Positions 51,128-64,000 of a stretch of DNA of 64,000 nucleotides are shown here, one piece after another. The translations under genes and the position numbers were made by a program. Every line of letters starts with the position of its first letter. Position 1 is the first letter of the stretch. The stretch spans positions 27,973,974 to 28,037,973 of the forward strand of contig NC_057718.1 in NCBI RefSeq assembly GCF_004010195.1, in the 5' to 3' direction. The DNA is from Chiloscyllium plagiosum. Its lineage: Eukaryota. The notes under the pieces are model-generated. The model saw only the letters and a list, made by a program, of their open reading frames with translations, searched no databases and was not told where the DNA came from.

Positions 51128-52075
51128 GGAGGTAAGTGAAGTGCTTGTCTTCATAACAAGAGGATTCAAATACAGATGCAGGGATAAATGCTGCAGTTGT
51201 TTTGGTCTCTTTACCTGAGGAGGGGTGTCCTGGCTATGGAGGAAGTGCAACAAAGTTTTACCAGACTGATTCCTCAGACAGCAGGAGTGATCAGTGAAGA
51301 CAGACTGGATTCGTTAGAACTATATTCAGAATTTATAAGAATGAGGGAGGATCTCATAGAAACAGTTGCTGGCTATCCTTGGGAAGCAAGGTAAAATACT
51401 TGGTTAGGCAATGATTAATTAGTTGAGATAAAAAAAAGTCCATAGAAAGTAGCAGTAAGCCATTCTATTCTTCGACTCTGCTCCAACATTCAGTAAGATA
51501 ATGGCTGATCATCCAATTCAGTAACATGCTCCTGCTTTTGATCCCCTTAACCCCAAGTACTTTATTTAATTCATCCTTGAAAATATTTAATGTTTTGCCC
51601 TCAACCACTTTCTATGCTAGAGAATTCCACAGGTTTGCCTCACTCTGGGTGAAGAAATTTCTCCTCAACTCAGCCCTATCTTTAGACAGTGACCCTTGGT
51701 TCTGGACTTGCCGGTCATCAGTAGTATTATTCCTTCATTTAACCTGTCAAAGTCTGTTAGAATTTTATGTGCTTCTATGAGATCCCCTCTCATTCTTCTA
51801 AACTCTGGTGAATATCGTCCTAACCAATCCAGTTTGTCTTCATTTATCACTCCTGCTGTCTGAGCAATCAGTCTGGTAAAACTGTATTGCACTTCCTTCA
51901 TAGCCAGGCCACCCTCCTCAGATAAAGAGACCAAAACTGCACTCCCTATACAATATACAAATATCTCTGCATCTGTATTTGAATCTTCTGGTTATGAAGG
52001 CCAGCATGTCATTTGCCTCCTTTACTGCAACCTGCTGCACCTGCAAACTTAATTTCAGCGATTGGTGTACAATGA
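51128..52075. mobile_element. Inverted pair of CR1 fragments (+ 51128-51364; - 51440-52075)
   Basis: ORFs 51188+ and 51665- encode near-identical LAMxEVQxSFTRLIxQTAGVIxEDxLD peptides. Confidence 0.85.
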
Positions 52076-52399
52076 CATCACGTCTTACATCCTATTAATC
52101 GACAGATTTTCAGAAATTTTTGTTGTCATGAATTACCTTCCCCAGAGTTGTTCTGCATTTGTTGTCATCGGGTGAAAAAGAGCAATCCGGAAGTGATCTT
52201 TTAGGTCTAATAAAAGGTCATTGGCCTGTAGTTGACATCTAATTATGGATGCTGTCTGACCTGAAATGTTTCCATCATTTTTTTCCCAGTTTTTCAGTAT
52301 CCACTATGTGCTTTTGTGACATTGGGAGAGTGGTTAAAGCTAGGATTCTGTAATACTTGTTCAGGTTACAGAGGTCTAGATGGAGGAAAAGGGAGTTAT

Positions 52400-52580
52400 G
52401 TCACAAAATCGACTGGTAGACAGGAGGCTGGAAGAACACGGCAGACCAGGTAGCATCAGGAGGTGGAGAAGTTAACGTTTTGCCCTTCTTAAGGACAGGT
52501 CTGCTGCCTGGCCTGCTGTGTTCTTCCAGCCTCCTGCCTGTCTACTTTGGATTCCAGCATCTGCAGTTCTTTTGTCTCTA
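52400..52580. mobile_element. Palindromic Penelope-terminus element
   Basis: gtagacaggaggctggaagaacac is inverted relative to gtgttcttccagcctcctgcctgtctac. Confidence 0.65.
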
Positions 52581-53559
52581 ACAACATAGCCTTGTTACAG
52601 CTATACCATTCAGCATTTTAGCATTCTTGGATCTGGTTCCTTTAATCCTCCCAATCTTCCATTGCCAGCTTAGTTTCTTCAGTTGAAGAGCAGGCTCAGT
52701 TTTGAAATTTGGGATTGTATGCTCAGAATTTGATGATGTTACATGTAACGTAGAGAAAGAAGAACCAGTGGATGTGGTCTGTTTGGATTTTCAGTAAGTC
52801 CTACTCGTAAATAAAATAAGAGAGCTTTAGATTGGAAGGAGCATAGTAGTTTGGATCAAGAATTGGATAGTAGACACAAGTGTTTTTACTCAGTTGTTAA
52901 TCTTTGGAATCCTCTATCCAAGAGGACTGTAGGTGCCCAGTTGATGCATCTGTTGAAGATTGAGATCAATGTATTTGTGTATTTGTGGAATAAATAATAT
53001 GAAATGCAGCAACTTTTTGTTTTAACTGGCGCTTTGGATAAACTGGCAAAAATTATGTGCCTCAAATACTGTGAAGTTCACATTCTGTTCACATAGTTAT
53101 TTTTATTTGCCTCAGTGTAAGTATACTTTTTGTTCACTTGAGTGGCCTGACAAAATGTGAATTGTTGATTTGGTTTTGAATCAATTTGTTAGAAATGTCA
53201 CAATCTCCTTGTGATGTCCGAATAGTCAGTTGTGTCTGAGTGAGAAGGCTCTCTGCTGGTAAGTTTTATTTAAGACAAAGTCACAATTGATTTTGAGTGA
53301 TTTATGCTGTAAATAATTAACAGCGATGTGTATACCCCCAGCATTGTGTTTCTGTTACTTAGTGTGTGTTTTTACATTGATTATGTGAACTGCTTGATGA
53401 TCTGGGATATTTAATCAACCAGCACACTCCTGGTCCCAAAGGTGCCAGTTAGTAAAAGGTTGGCTGTAGGATGAGAAAGTGGGGTTGATGTCGAGCCGAG
53501 TCTCTATCGAACTTCGTATTCGACAATCTGACTCAAGTATTGAACACAAATGGTTTGAA

Positions 53560-54500
53560 AATGTGATCTTAAGGCAGAGTTAAACAGAAAGAGAGCAAAA
53601 ATGAACAGGTCATTCTTTGGATAGCCGGCTGTTACTCATGGGGTATTGTGAGCGTCAGTGTTAGATCCACATTCAATATAATTTATATGGATGTGAGGAT
53701 CAAATTATCTGATGACACCAAATTTAGGGTGCGCATATTGTGTGAAGAGTGCAAGGAGGCTGCAAGAAGACTTGGATAAGCCAACTGAATGGGCTGGTAC
53801 ATGAAGGATATGATCTAATGTAAATTAGTATGAAGTTGTCATTTTTCTTTAAAAACAGGCAGAAGTAGTTTGGGTGTCTTGGTCTGTGAGTATTAAAAGT
53901 TAGCATGTAGGTGCAGCAAGCAGTTAGGAAATAAGTGGCGTATTGGTATTCGCTTCAGGGGGTTTGAGTACAGAAACAAAAGTATCTTCTGTCGTATAAA
54001 GCCTTGGTGGAACCTCACCTGGAGTATTGTGTACAGGTTTCGTCTCCTTAAGAGCATACTTTATGTAGAAGGGCTGCAACGGAGGTTATGATTGCAGGAT
54101 TATCTTGTGTCAGAGGAAACTGTCTTTATATTCTGCAAAATGAGAGATGATCCCATTGTAAATTCAATTCTTATAGGGCACGATGGGTTGGATAGAATAA
54201 ATAGAATGTTTCCCTCAGCTTGTAACTCTAGTATATAATCTCATGATAAGGGGCAGGCCATTTAAAATTGACATGAGAAATTTCTGTACTCAAGCTGGTC
54301 AGGCTTTACAGTTCTCTACTCTGAAGTCTGAGGAAGCTTAATCATTAAGCAGATTTAAAACAAATAAATAGGTTTATGCAGACTAATGACATGAAAGGAT
54401 ACAGGGAATAGTATGGGTAAACGGTATCAAGGAGATGATGAACCATGTTCTGGAATGGCAGGGCAGGTTTGGTGAGCTGAATGGCCTTTTTGTGTTTGCT
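53560..54500 (+). mobile_element. Old CR1 LINE 3' part
   Basis: gatgacaccaaa (DDTK), tataaagccttggtggaacctcacctggagtattgt (YKALVEPHLEYC) and a CR1 3' UTR. Confidence 0.75.
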
Positions 54501-55186
54501 GCTGCGCTTTCAATCGCTGAAGGTCAAAAAGAGGAAGGCAGGATATTTTATGTAATTGACCAATGAACCACAGTGACATTGAGTGTTTTGAATTTGGAAT
54601 TTGTTGCATAACAGAAATGTGGAAACAGTTTCAAAAATTGGATAACTATTTGAAGGATGAAAAATTATTTAGGACGCAAATGGGGCTAATAGGTTCTTTA
54701 AAGGTCTCGATGGGCTGAATAGATTCTTGTGTTGTTTATGATATGTTCTACAGAATGAAAGCCAAAACTAATCAGCGAAAAACTCTGCCAGTAACTGACA
54801 TATTGAACTATTTTGTATCATTTTTGACCACTTTGATCTGTCAGAGTTTTCAGTTGGTACACAGGGACGTAGCAATCGAGCAGGAGTAGGTCATTCAGCC
54901 CCTCAAACCATATGTTAAGGTCATGGCTGATTTGACTAGAATCTCCAATCCATATTCCTGTCTACCCTGATAATCTTTTGCCTCCCCTTGCTTCACAAGA
55001 TTCTGTCCACCTCTGCCTTTTTTTTAGAAAAAGTGCTATATTGAGCATTTTAAGACTCTTTGGTTGTTTATTTTTCTCTGCCAAGAGTGTCACATCTGTA
55101 ATACATGGCAGGATTCCATAACAAATGATCAGAATTTTTAACAGAAATGGTTGATGTATTTCATTTCTTGACTGTTTGAATTTTAG

Positions 55187-55351
<165 letters not shown>

Positions 55352-55354
55352 TAG

Positions 55355-55487
55355 TATTATGATACAATTGAAGATGCCTTGGGAGGTGTTCAGGAAGCTC
55401 ACTTTGATGGTCTTATCTTCGTACACTCTGGTACCTACACTGATGAGTGGATTTATATTGAATCCCCTATAACTATGATTGGTGCAG
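55355..55487 (+). CDS. FBXO11: FBXO11(-like) exon 7 equivalent, 133 bp
   Basis: atag|TAT...G|gtaaat; [44 protein letters not shown]. Confidence 0.96.
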
Positions 55488-56320
55488 GTAAATATATTGA
55501 TTTGCATTTAATTTTTGGCACTGCTGTTGGCAATATAGTAGTGCAAAATGTTAATTCTGCTAAGCAACGTTCTACGGAGCTGCAGAATTTGAAATAATGC
55601 TATTTCTCCCCACCCCATCTCAATGATTAATTTAGTTCTTGAAATGCAATTTAATGCACAATACATTTGAATTTGTAAGTAGTGAACATTCAATGCAAGT
55701 TAAGATTTTTAACCTTGGTTCTAATTTTTTTTCTATAAGTATTATTTCTCCTTTCTCTTCCCTTCCCCAAGCAATTGCCTTTCCAGCTGTATCTTAGTAA
55801 TTTGTTAGCAAGCCTTTCCAGCATTCTGTGCTTGTCATATGTTATGGCTGGTAGAGGCTCCTCTTCTATTCAGTAAGATCTTCGCTGACCTCTGCATTCA
55901 ACTTCACAAATCTATTGATCTCAAATCTTCAGTAGACACATCAACTGAGCATCTCCAGTCCCCTTTGGTAATGGATTTCAAAGATTAATAACTGAGTAAA
56001 GATGTTTCTTTCTTCCCTGTTGGTCCTAAATAGCTCACTGTTTTTCCTGAAACTTACAAGTCCTCACAAGTCTTGATTTAAGACACTTTTAATCAGCAGT
56101 AATGGCTGTTAGCATCAACCCTGTTGAACTTTGAATTAATTTTATATGCTTCAGTGTGCTCATTTTAGAAACGTTCTTGATCTCTACCAAGTCATCACGG
56201 TGAAATTATTTGTCTCCATAATTGTCTATGGTGTATGTGCCTAAAAGATCATTGGTAATTGAAAGTAGTGTTGAGATAATTTGAATAGTTGTATTAAAAA
56301 CATTTTTAATACATTTTCAG

Positions 56321-56427
56321 CACCAGGAAAAGTTGCAGATAAGGTCATCATTGAAAACACTAGGGATTCTACCTTTGTATTTATGGAAGGTTCTGAGGAT
56401 GCCTATGTTGGATATATGACAATTAGG
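56321..56427 (+). CDS. FBXO11: FBXO11(-like) exon 8 equivalent, 107 bp
   Basis: tcag|CA...AGG|gtaagt; [36 protein letters not shown]. Confidence 0.96.
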
Positions 56428-56523
56428 GTAAGTACTAACAGCCATATCATACATCATTTGACAATGTTTAGTAATCTATAATCTGTAAGCAATATCTTTA
56501 TAGTATGTGCTTCTTTCTTCTAG

Positions 56524-56649
<126 letters not shown>

Positions 56650-58644
56650 TGATATTATGGTTTAACGTGGGGAGATTGAGTGTTATTTCTTTTTATAACC
56701 ACTGGCATATTGGAATGTTCATGACAAACCATTTTGAATTGTTGAGGGACATATTGCTATGATAAAGGTGCTATTGATAAGTAAGAGTGTTTGTAAACAA
56801 AATTGAATGAGTGATATTGATTTTAATGTAATGTTGATGCATGGTAATTTGGAAAAATATGTTGTGTCTCTTGCCTGTATTATCACTTTTGCATTCCTAT
56901 TGCTATGTTCTCATTTTGTTTCTTCCCCTGGTCTGCATAATTCTCTTTGTCCACATTTTTTGTGTTCTTCTCCTGTTTTCATTCCAGCCAGGTGGGTATA
57001 TTTGGAGGAGAGAGATAATGTGGACTTGCAGTTTCATATTCTTGGGGCAAGAGTGGAGAAAAATCAGACTTTTCAATTTTCCCCTGTGTAATCCATAATC
57101 CACTCTTGTCCTTATCCACATTTGTGCCAGGCCCTATTTTTGTGTTGTGCTGTGAAGAGGGGAATAAGTTGAGGAGAAGCGAACAACGATTTTTTGTCTT
57201 ATTCTAAAATGGGTAACAAAGGCTTCAAAACATCGCAAACTCGTGAAATTGTCTGAAATTAGCTGCCAATCTGCCAAATTTAGTTGAGGATGGAGATCAG
57301 TAATGAAATAAATATGTCGAAGTCCATCATTCCCATTCCTTGCTAGTTCTTTCTAGTCAAGAACTTAGTGTCTCTGCTGGTCTGGGATAAAACCTTTGAA
57401 AATGCCTGCTGTTGTACAGCATGTATAGAAGTTTGGCTGATTGATTCTGAGTGACTTTTTACCTCTTACATTGGGCGAAACACCGGACTTCTTGATTTAT
57501 TGTTTTCCTTTAATAGCACATTACCTTGATGGATAGATACATTTATGATTTTGTCATCCTGCCATTCTCTCTGTCGTCAGCCCAACTGCTCAAGCCCTTT
57601 CTTCACAGTCTGCTTGATCCTTAGTTAATGGTGTGGTTTGTGAATGCATTCAGGATCTCTCATGTTGGAACCCGATTGATCCTGCGTGATTATCCTGATG
57701 TTTTTCCCTGTTACCCAGCTTCTTGATTATTGCCTTCCTTTAATGGCACATTGAAGAACAAAGTACATATGTAATTTGAGAGCCACTGTAATCTGTCACT
57801 CTGTTTTTGACAAAAAAAACATTTATGGGGATAAAAACAAACTGGAGCTCTGAATGGCATGATCAGAATACATTTTTCGATAAATTGTCATGGGTATCAT
57901 TGCATATAATACTTTATTTTAATTATTGTATTCAATTCATTCAGATCTTCTGGCTTCTGCACAGAACTTTATAGATTGATCAAATCAAGCAGCTCACCAC
58001 CTCTGTAACTGAACCATTTAGTCTCACATAAGTCACCCATGAATCAGTATTCCAAAATCTTCCTAAGCTTTCTCCCACCATTTTCTACCCATAGAAGTTC
58101 AACCAAAACCCAGGTGCCAACATTCTGCCCTACTCATCCATCAACCCCTACCTATATTGTCTTGAGCCCAGTACCCAGATTTAACATTTTCATCCTGTTT
58201 TAAAGCCCTTCAGGGGCTTTCTCCTATCTGTCTTGCCCCACTCTCTTGTCTTCCCCAGTGTTCATTCTTCTGACTCTAGCTATTGTACCTTCCTATTTAT
58301 CCCCATCAGACCATTAGTGGCCAAGCGTTGAACAGGATAAAACCCATCCTCCTCTTCCTTTTGTAACGCTTCATAAAACTCTCATCTCTGGCCCAGCTTT
58401 TGGTCACCCCACCCAATATCTCAACGTTGTTGAGTCTTTTGGGATAATTTAGTATTTTCAAGGTACTATACAAATGCAAGTTGTTGATCATAAAACATAC
58501 ATGTATTTTCAGAGAATTGAAAAGAGATGAATAGTACCATGGATCTGAATTGTAAATAGTGTCTTAGGTCATGTCTCTATTCATTCCAAAAATCATTTCA
58601 TTGAAGTAGTTACAATTGATTTATTGTAGAATTCTTTGTTGCAG

Positions 58645-58751
58645 TTGGCTCTGCTGTGTGTGTCAGTGGCCAGGGAGCATCTCCTACGATCAAACACTGC
58701 AATATTAGTGATTGTGAAAATGTTGGACTATATATAACAGATCATGCACAG
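58645..58751 (+). CDS. FBXO11: FBXO11(-like) exon 10 equivalent, 107 bp
   Basis: gcag|TT...CAG|gtatga; [36 protein letters not shown]. Confidence 0.96.
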
Positions 58752-58838
58752 GTATGATAATCCAAAACGCAACTTACTTTATTTTAACAACTTTGCTTTT
58801 GCCCATAGTATAGTTAGTATAATCTTTTTATTTTATAG

Positions 58839-58976
58839 GGAATTTATGAGGACAATGAAATTTCAAATAATGCTCTTGCTGGAATCTGGGTAAAAAACCA
58901 TGGAAATCCTATCATCAGGCGAAATCAAATTCATCATGGGCGTGATGTTGGGGTCTTCACATTTGATCATGGCATG
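58839..58976 (+). CDS. FBXO11: FBXO11(-like) exon 11 equivalent (PbH1 repeats), 138 bp
   Basis: atag|GGA...ATG|gtaact; [46 protein letters not shown]; no further exon recognised before the window end. Confidence 0.96.
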
Positions 58977-59219
58977 GTAACTCTTATTACTTTCAATAAG
59001 CATTTGGGAGTTAATGATTTGGGTATTTATTGTATTATGGTTTCTTTAATGAGTGTTCAGGCTGACAATTCAGCAGTTTAAAACTGTTCTCAAAGGTATA
59101 TTACCATAGATGTTGGTCACTGCTATCAACTTTCCAAATCTTCTGTGCTATTATTTATTTGCTAATTAGTTGAATGTATTCCAGCTAAAAATGGAGCACC
59201 GAGAATTTCATTCTTTCAG

Positions 59220-60010
59220 AAAGATAGATATGTTGACTGAATGGGTATAAACTTCATAGATGAAGTTTAATGTAGGAAAGTGAGAGGTCGTGCACTTTGA
59301 TAGGCATGCCATCATTTACATAGGGAGAGACTCAAAGAAAGTGCAACACAGACAGATTTGGATGTTTTTGTCCATGAAACACAAAATGTTAATATTCAGA
59401 TGCAGCAAATAATTAAGAAGGCACATAGAATTTTGGCCATTGCTGCTTAGGGGCTGAAGATAAGGATGTCTTGTTCCAACTATGCAAGGTGCTAATGAGG
59501 TCATAGCTGGAGATTACTCCAGTTTTGGTCCCTGTGTTTTAAAAAGGATGTGTTCATTTGGACGCAGTTCAAAAGTGATTCACTTTGCTGATTCCTGGGA
59601 TGAAGGGGTTGGCTTACCGAAGAATGACTAAACAGATTATTCTTTCTTCGTTCGAGTTGACAAGATTGAAGGGTGATCTTATTGATTTGTTCAAGATTCT
59701 GAAGAGCTTGACAGGATGAAAGTTGAGAAGGTGTTTCCATTTGTGGGGTATTCTTCAATAGAAATGTCATTACAGCTTACTAATTTAAAACTGATTTATG
59801 AAGGAATTTCTTGTGCCAGAACGTGGTGAAATATTTGGAATTCTTTATCCCAGATAGTTGTGAATGTTAGAACATTGAAAGTATTTAAAGAGGAGGTGGA
59901 TAGATTTTTGAAATTTCAGGGAGGTGTGAGAGCTATAATGAACATTATACAAAAGAGAAATTAAGATCAAGGGGTTGAATGGGGCCAGCTCCTCTTGTTT
60001 CTTCTATTAT
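59220..60010 (+). mobile_element. Old CR1 LINE 3' part
   Basis: atgaagtttaatgtaggaaagtgagaggtcgtgcacttt (MKFNVGKxEVVHF) and downstream CR1 motifs. Confidence 0.75.
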
Positions 60011-60829
60011 GTTGTAGTGCAGATATCTATCATTACTGAAGTCAATTCTGGTACATAACTTGAAAAATTTTGGTTGGTTATTGGTACTTGTCAAAATGGA
60101 TGAGTTTCATTTTTTAAATTTCCTAAACAATCTGTTCGGGGATGTTATCACATGCCTATAGAGTAGGTGGATCTTTTTAATCAATCTGCTCTCAGATGCT
60201 CTTGCATACTTCTGGAGGAGGTAGAACTTGAACCTAGGCCTCCTGGGCCTAGGAACACTACCCTGCATCACAAAAGCCCTAATAATGGATTTCATTAGAA
60301 TTAGAAAATAGCCTACAGATGTCAAATGCTTAGTTTGTGTTTAAGTGATCAAAAGCATCTTTCTGGATCTGATCTACTTACAGTTAATGTTGATAGTGGT
60401 AAATGAAGTCTTCACTAGGTGACTTGTATTCTGTTTGTGCTGCCACTGTTAAGCTTCTCATATTTCAGTTCTAATATATCAAGTCAATTTGCTATAACAA
60501 TTCTTTATATCATTTGTAGATTGGCTGTGTTCTACTGTTGGAACCTGGAGCTTGTTTGCTGAGAATTTAACTGCTAATTCTTATTGTTTATATCTTTTAA
60601 GCTTTTGCTTGACCATTCATTTTGTGCAATCTCTTGGAAAATTGTCGTAGTTTCAACCTTCTAAATCTCCTATAACCCTTAAACCATATTTTTAATTATT
60701 CAGTAGCAATGCTATTGCAATGCTTGACATTAATTTTTCACCAGAGCCATTCATATTTGTATGGATGGCTGATAACTAGGTTTTATCAGCATAAAATAGA
60801 GTTCTGGAAATGTTTTATAAGAACCTAAC

Positions 60830-62440
60830 AGTTTGGAGAAGGAGTCCGGTACTTTCAAGCTTGCATAACCATTTGATAAGATACATGACTGATCTGGTTG
60901 TAGTCTTAACTTGCATTCCTGACTACCCTATGTGCCCTTTGATTTCCTTGTTACTCAAGAATCTTATCTACCTTTATCTTTAATATCCATTGATCCTCTT
61001 CTGTTGCTGTCTCAAGAAGAGAATTTCATAGACTCATGAACCTTCGAAAGAAAGCAATTCACTTTATCGCTGTCTTAAGTCTCATTTTTAAATAAGGCCT
61101 CTTATTCATAAATTGTCTGTAAATCTAATCTATCCTATAATGGGAAGCACTCAGCATCTACCCATTTATGTTCCCTTGCGATTATGTTTCTAAACTCTCG
61201 TTGGTAAAGTCCCAAGCTATCCAACCTTTCCTCATGAGCTAACCCTCTTAATCTGTTGTATGCACATTTGCTGAACTGTTTCTAATTAAAATATGGCTTT
61301 CTTAAGAAAGCCAAAACTGAACACAGTAATCTAAATGTGACCTCATGAATGTTCTGTACAACTGTTGCAAAATTGCCCTACTTTCTTTCACATTTCGTTT
61401 CTGATGCAAGAAACAATAGCATTTCATTTGACATCCTATAGTTTGGTGATAGAATACTCTCCACTTGCCTGAATGCGTGCAGGTAAGCTGAATTGTTTTC
61501 TTTTGAAGAGTAATGAGTCTATGAAATTCTCTTCATATAGGAATAGAAGCTGGGTGAATAAATATTTTTAATACATTTGAGAGATTTAACACCATTCAGG
61601 ACACTTCAGCCTGCTTGGGTGGCACTCTATTGATCACCTTCAACTTTTGTCCTCTGTATCATAAATGTACAGTAGCAGCAATGTGTATCATTAACACAAT
61701 GCACATATCAATCCTCCTCCAATAACACCTTCCAAATACATGACCTGTATCACCTAGAAGTGCAAGTGCAGTGTATGTATGGAAGCACCACCCTCTGCAA
61801 CTTACCCTCCAATCCAAACAGCATTCTAACTCAGAACATTCCTTCATGGGATATGAATCCTGGAATTCCTTTCCTAATGCCACTGTGGATGTACCTATGC
61901 CTTGAGGACTGTAGTGTTTCTTAGAAGACAGCTCACTGCCACCTTCCTAGGCAAGTATGGATGGAAATGTGGGCCAAGCCAGTGATGCTAACATCCCATG
62001 AACAAAACAAATCTCCTCTTGTACTTGCATACTAATATTTTGAGGTCCATTTATCAGGGCACCTAGATACCTCTGTATCTGAGTTCTGCAATTTTTCTCC
62101 AATTACATCTGCCATATTTTTACCCAGTCACTTAACTTATCTGTGTTCCTTTGGAGTCTCCTTATGTCACAACCTACTTTCCTATCTATCTTTGTATCAT
62201 TAGCAAATTTAGCAATAATACATTCAGTTCCTTCGTCCAGTTAATTGAATCAGATTGTAAATAGTTGAGGTTCCAGCACTGATCCCTGTGCTATTCCATT
62301 CATGAGATCTTGCCAACCTGAAAGCTACTAATTTATGCCTTCTCTGTTTGCTGTTAGGTAACCAATCCACCTTCCATGATATGTTAACACCATTTCTTTA
62401 TGTAATAACCTTCCATGTGGCACTTTGTCAAGTCCCTTTT
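60830..62440 (-). mobile_element. Old minus-strand CR1 with a nested + strand LINE 3' end (61440-62010)
   Basis: tttgtatcattagcaaa (reverse of FAxDTK) and ccagcactgatccctg (reverse of QGSVL); nested part matches 8880-9355. Confidence 0.6.
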
Positions 62441-63789
62441 TGAGATGGTGAGATGTAATGAGTGGACTGCCACTGGGATCGGTGCTTGGCCCTTAACTAT
62501 TTACCAATTATATCAGTGACTTGGATGAAGATGCTGAATGCATGGCTGCTAAGTTTGCTCATGATGCCATAAACAATTGTGTCCACAGGATGTCCTCATC
62601 ATGTTGCTTGTTACTTTCTCAAAAAATTAATAATTGAGTCAAATTTGATTTCCCTTCCCTGCCTGCTTTTGTTGAGATTTTTATGTGCCCTGCTAGATAT
62701 TTTCTTCTCAACAGTTCAGAGATGCTACTACACACCTCTTGGAGCAGGTGGAACTTGACCCCAGGCCTCTCAATGCCCTGCTTGTAACAGCTCCGACATT
62801 TGAGCAAGTTTGCAAGTTGTTGTTTTCCAGTTGTCTTGAAACAGTGCAACACCTAGCCTGGAGTAACCTATATTTGCATTGCTTTTTCTAGTTGTCTTAA
62901 AGGTCCCCAACTGCTATGGGTTTTCTCATCCGAAGTACCTTTTTAGATATCTTGCCTTTCAACGTTATCCAGAATTTTTTTCTGCAACTGCAACTGCTTT
63001 TGCGCAGCATTTTTAAAGATACTGATCTGTTAGATTTGCCTATACCAACTTCAATTCACCACTATTAATCTTCCACAATATTACAGCTTTCTTTTCCCTC
63101 TGTGGTTCTGTACATAAATAGAAAATACTTTGCATTCTTGTCCTAAATTGAATTAATTGAATATATTTAAATGCTTATTGTTATTGATATTCTGATTTGC
63201 CTATATGAGTGAATTCTGTTAAATGCTTTGATGTTTTTGGATATGATAAGACAGCATGTAAAAACAAGTCTGTCTGTATCTGTTTCTTGCTGTGAGCACA
63301 TGCTTAGTCTAGTCTATTATTGTTGAATAGTTTGCTGAATGCTGTTTGTGACTGCAACAACTACATCAGTATGTTTATTGAATGGAAGGTAAAGTTTGCT
63401 AAATCTTCAAAGCATACATTGATGTGCACGTGTGAATTGGCAAATCTGAAGTGCATTTGCCAAATACATTGGATGCATTCAATTTATAAAAAGCTTCAAT
63501 TTTAGCAAAATGAATTCTTCCTTACCCAAGTAATTTCTTCAAATTACAAGAATCAAAAGACGCTATTTGGTTTTTGCATCATCCTGAGGAGCTAGTGGTT
63601 TATCAATTTTTGTAATCTTACCAATTGTTAATTCATTGCCTTGTCTTAATGATTTGAGGCAAATGGCCAAACCTGTGAAACAAATCGTTAATCCCTCTGG
63701 AGTCTTCTCATCTACATCTGCAGTCTAATTATTTAGCAGTTAGCAATGTTTGACAGACCTGGAGTCCTGGTACTAAAGAGCATGGAAGG

Positions 63790-63905
63790 AACTCTTGTGA
63801 AGCAGTGGTAGTGTCCCTACCCCTGAACCGAGAGACCCGGTTTCAAATCGTACCTTCTCCAGAGATGTGTATTAACATGTCTGAATAGGTTAATTAGAAA
63901 AATAG
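63790..63905 (+). mobile_element. Short tRNA-head SINE (relatives at about 60170-60280 and 62695-62775, minus)
   Basis: gcagtggtagtgtccctacc...ccggtttcaaatc A/B-box-like head; three related copies within 4 kb. Confidence 0.55.
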
Positions 63906-64000
63906 GTTTAAAAAAAGGGCAAGGAACGAAGTGTCTGAATTTCATTATCATGTACCATTCCCCCATCAATGCACCATTACTACGATATATAGAGATGTAC

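Noticed and set aside
58977..64000. Next FBXO11 exon (GYFESCNIHRNRIAG...)
   Set aside because: Not found by eye; presumably beyond the window

Overview
Eukaryotic (vertebrate) genomic DNA, most likely a shark or other elasmobranch judging by HE1-type SINEs, CR1/HER1-type LINEs and Penelope-like elements. The + strand carries ten consecutive coding exons of an FBXO11(-like) F-box/PbH1-repeat gene (equivalent to human exons 2-11); the first exon and the 3' half lie outside the window. The introns are full of decayed retroelements. The standout is a 3.1-kb defective endogenous retrovirus-like element at 13537-16611 (minus strand, 4-bp TSD GTGC). Its order is 5'LTR - PBS - gag matrix remnant - Pro-rich linker - intronless RBPMS2/Hermes-like RRM cDNA - env transmembrane tail - PPT - 3'LTR, i.e. 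a retrovirus that captured a host RNA-binding-protein mRNA in place of pol. A second, diverged copy with a complementary RBPMS deletion lies at about 32785-36077, and two solo LTRs of the family are also present, so the capture appears to have been amplified. All calls are from reading by eye and from recalled protein/tRNA sequences; no searches were run.
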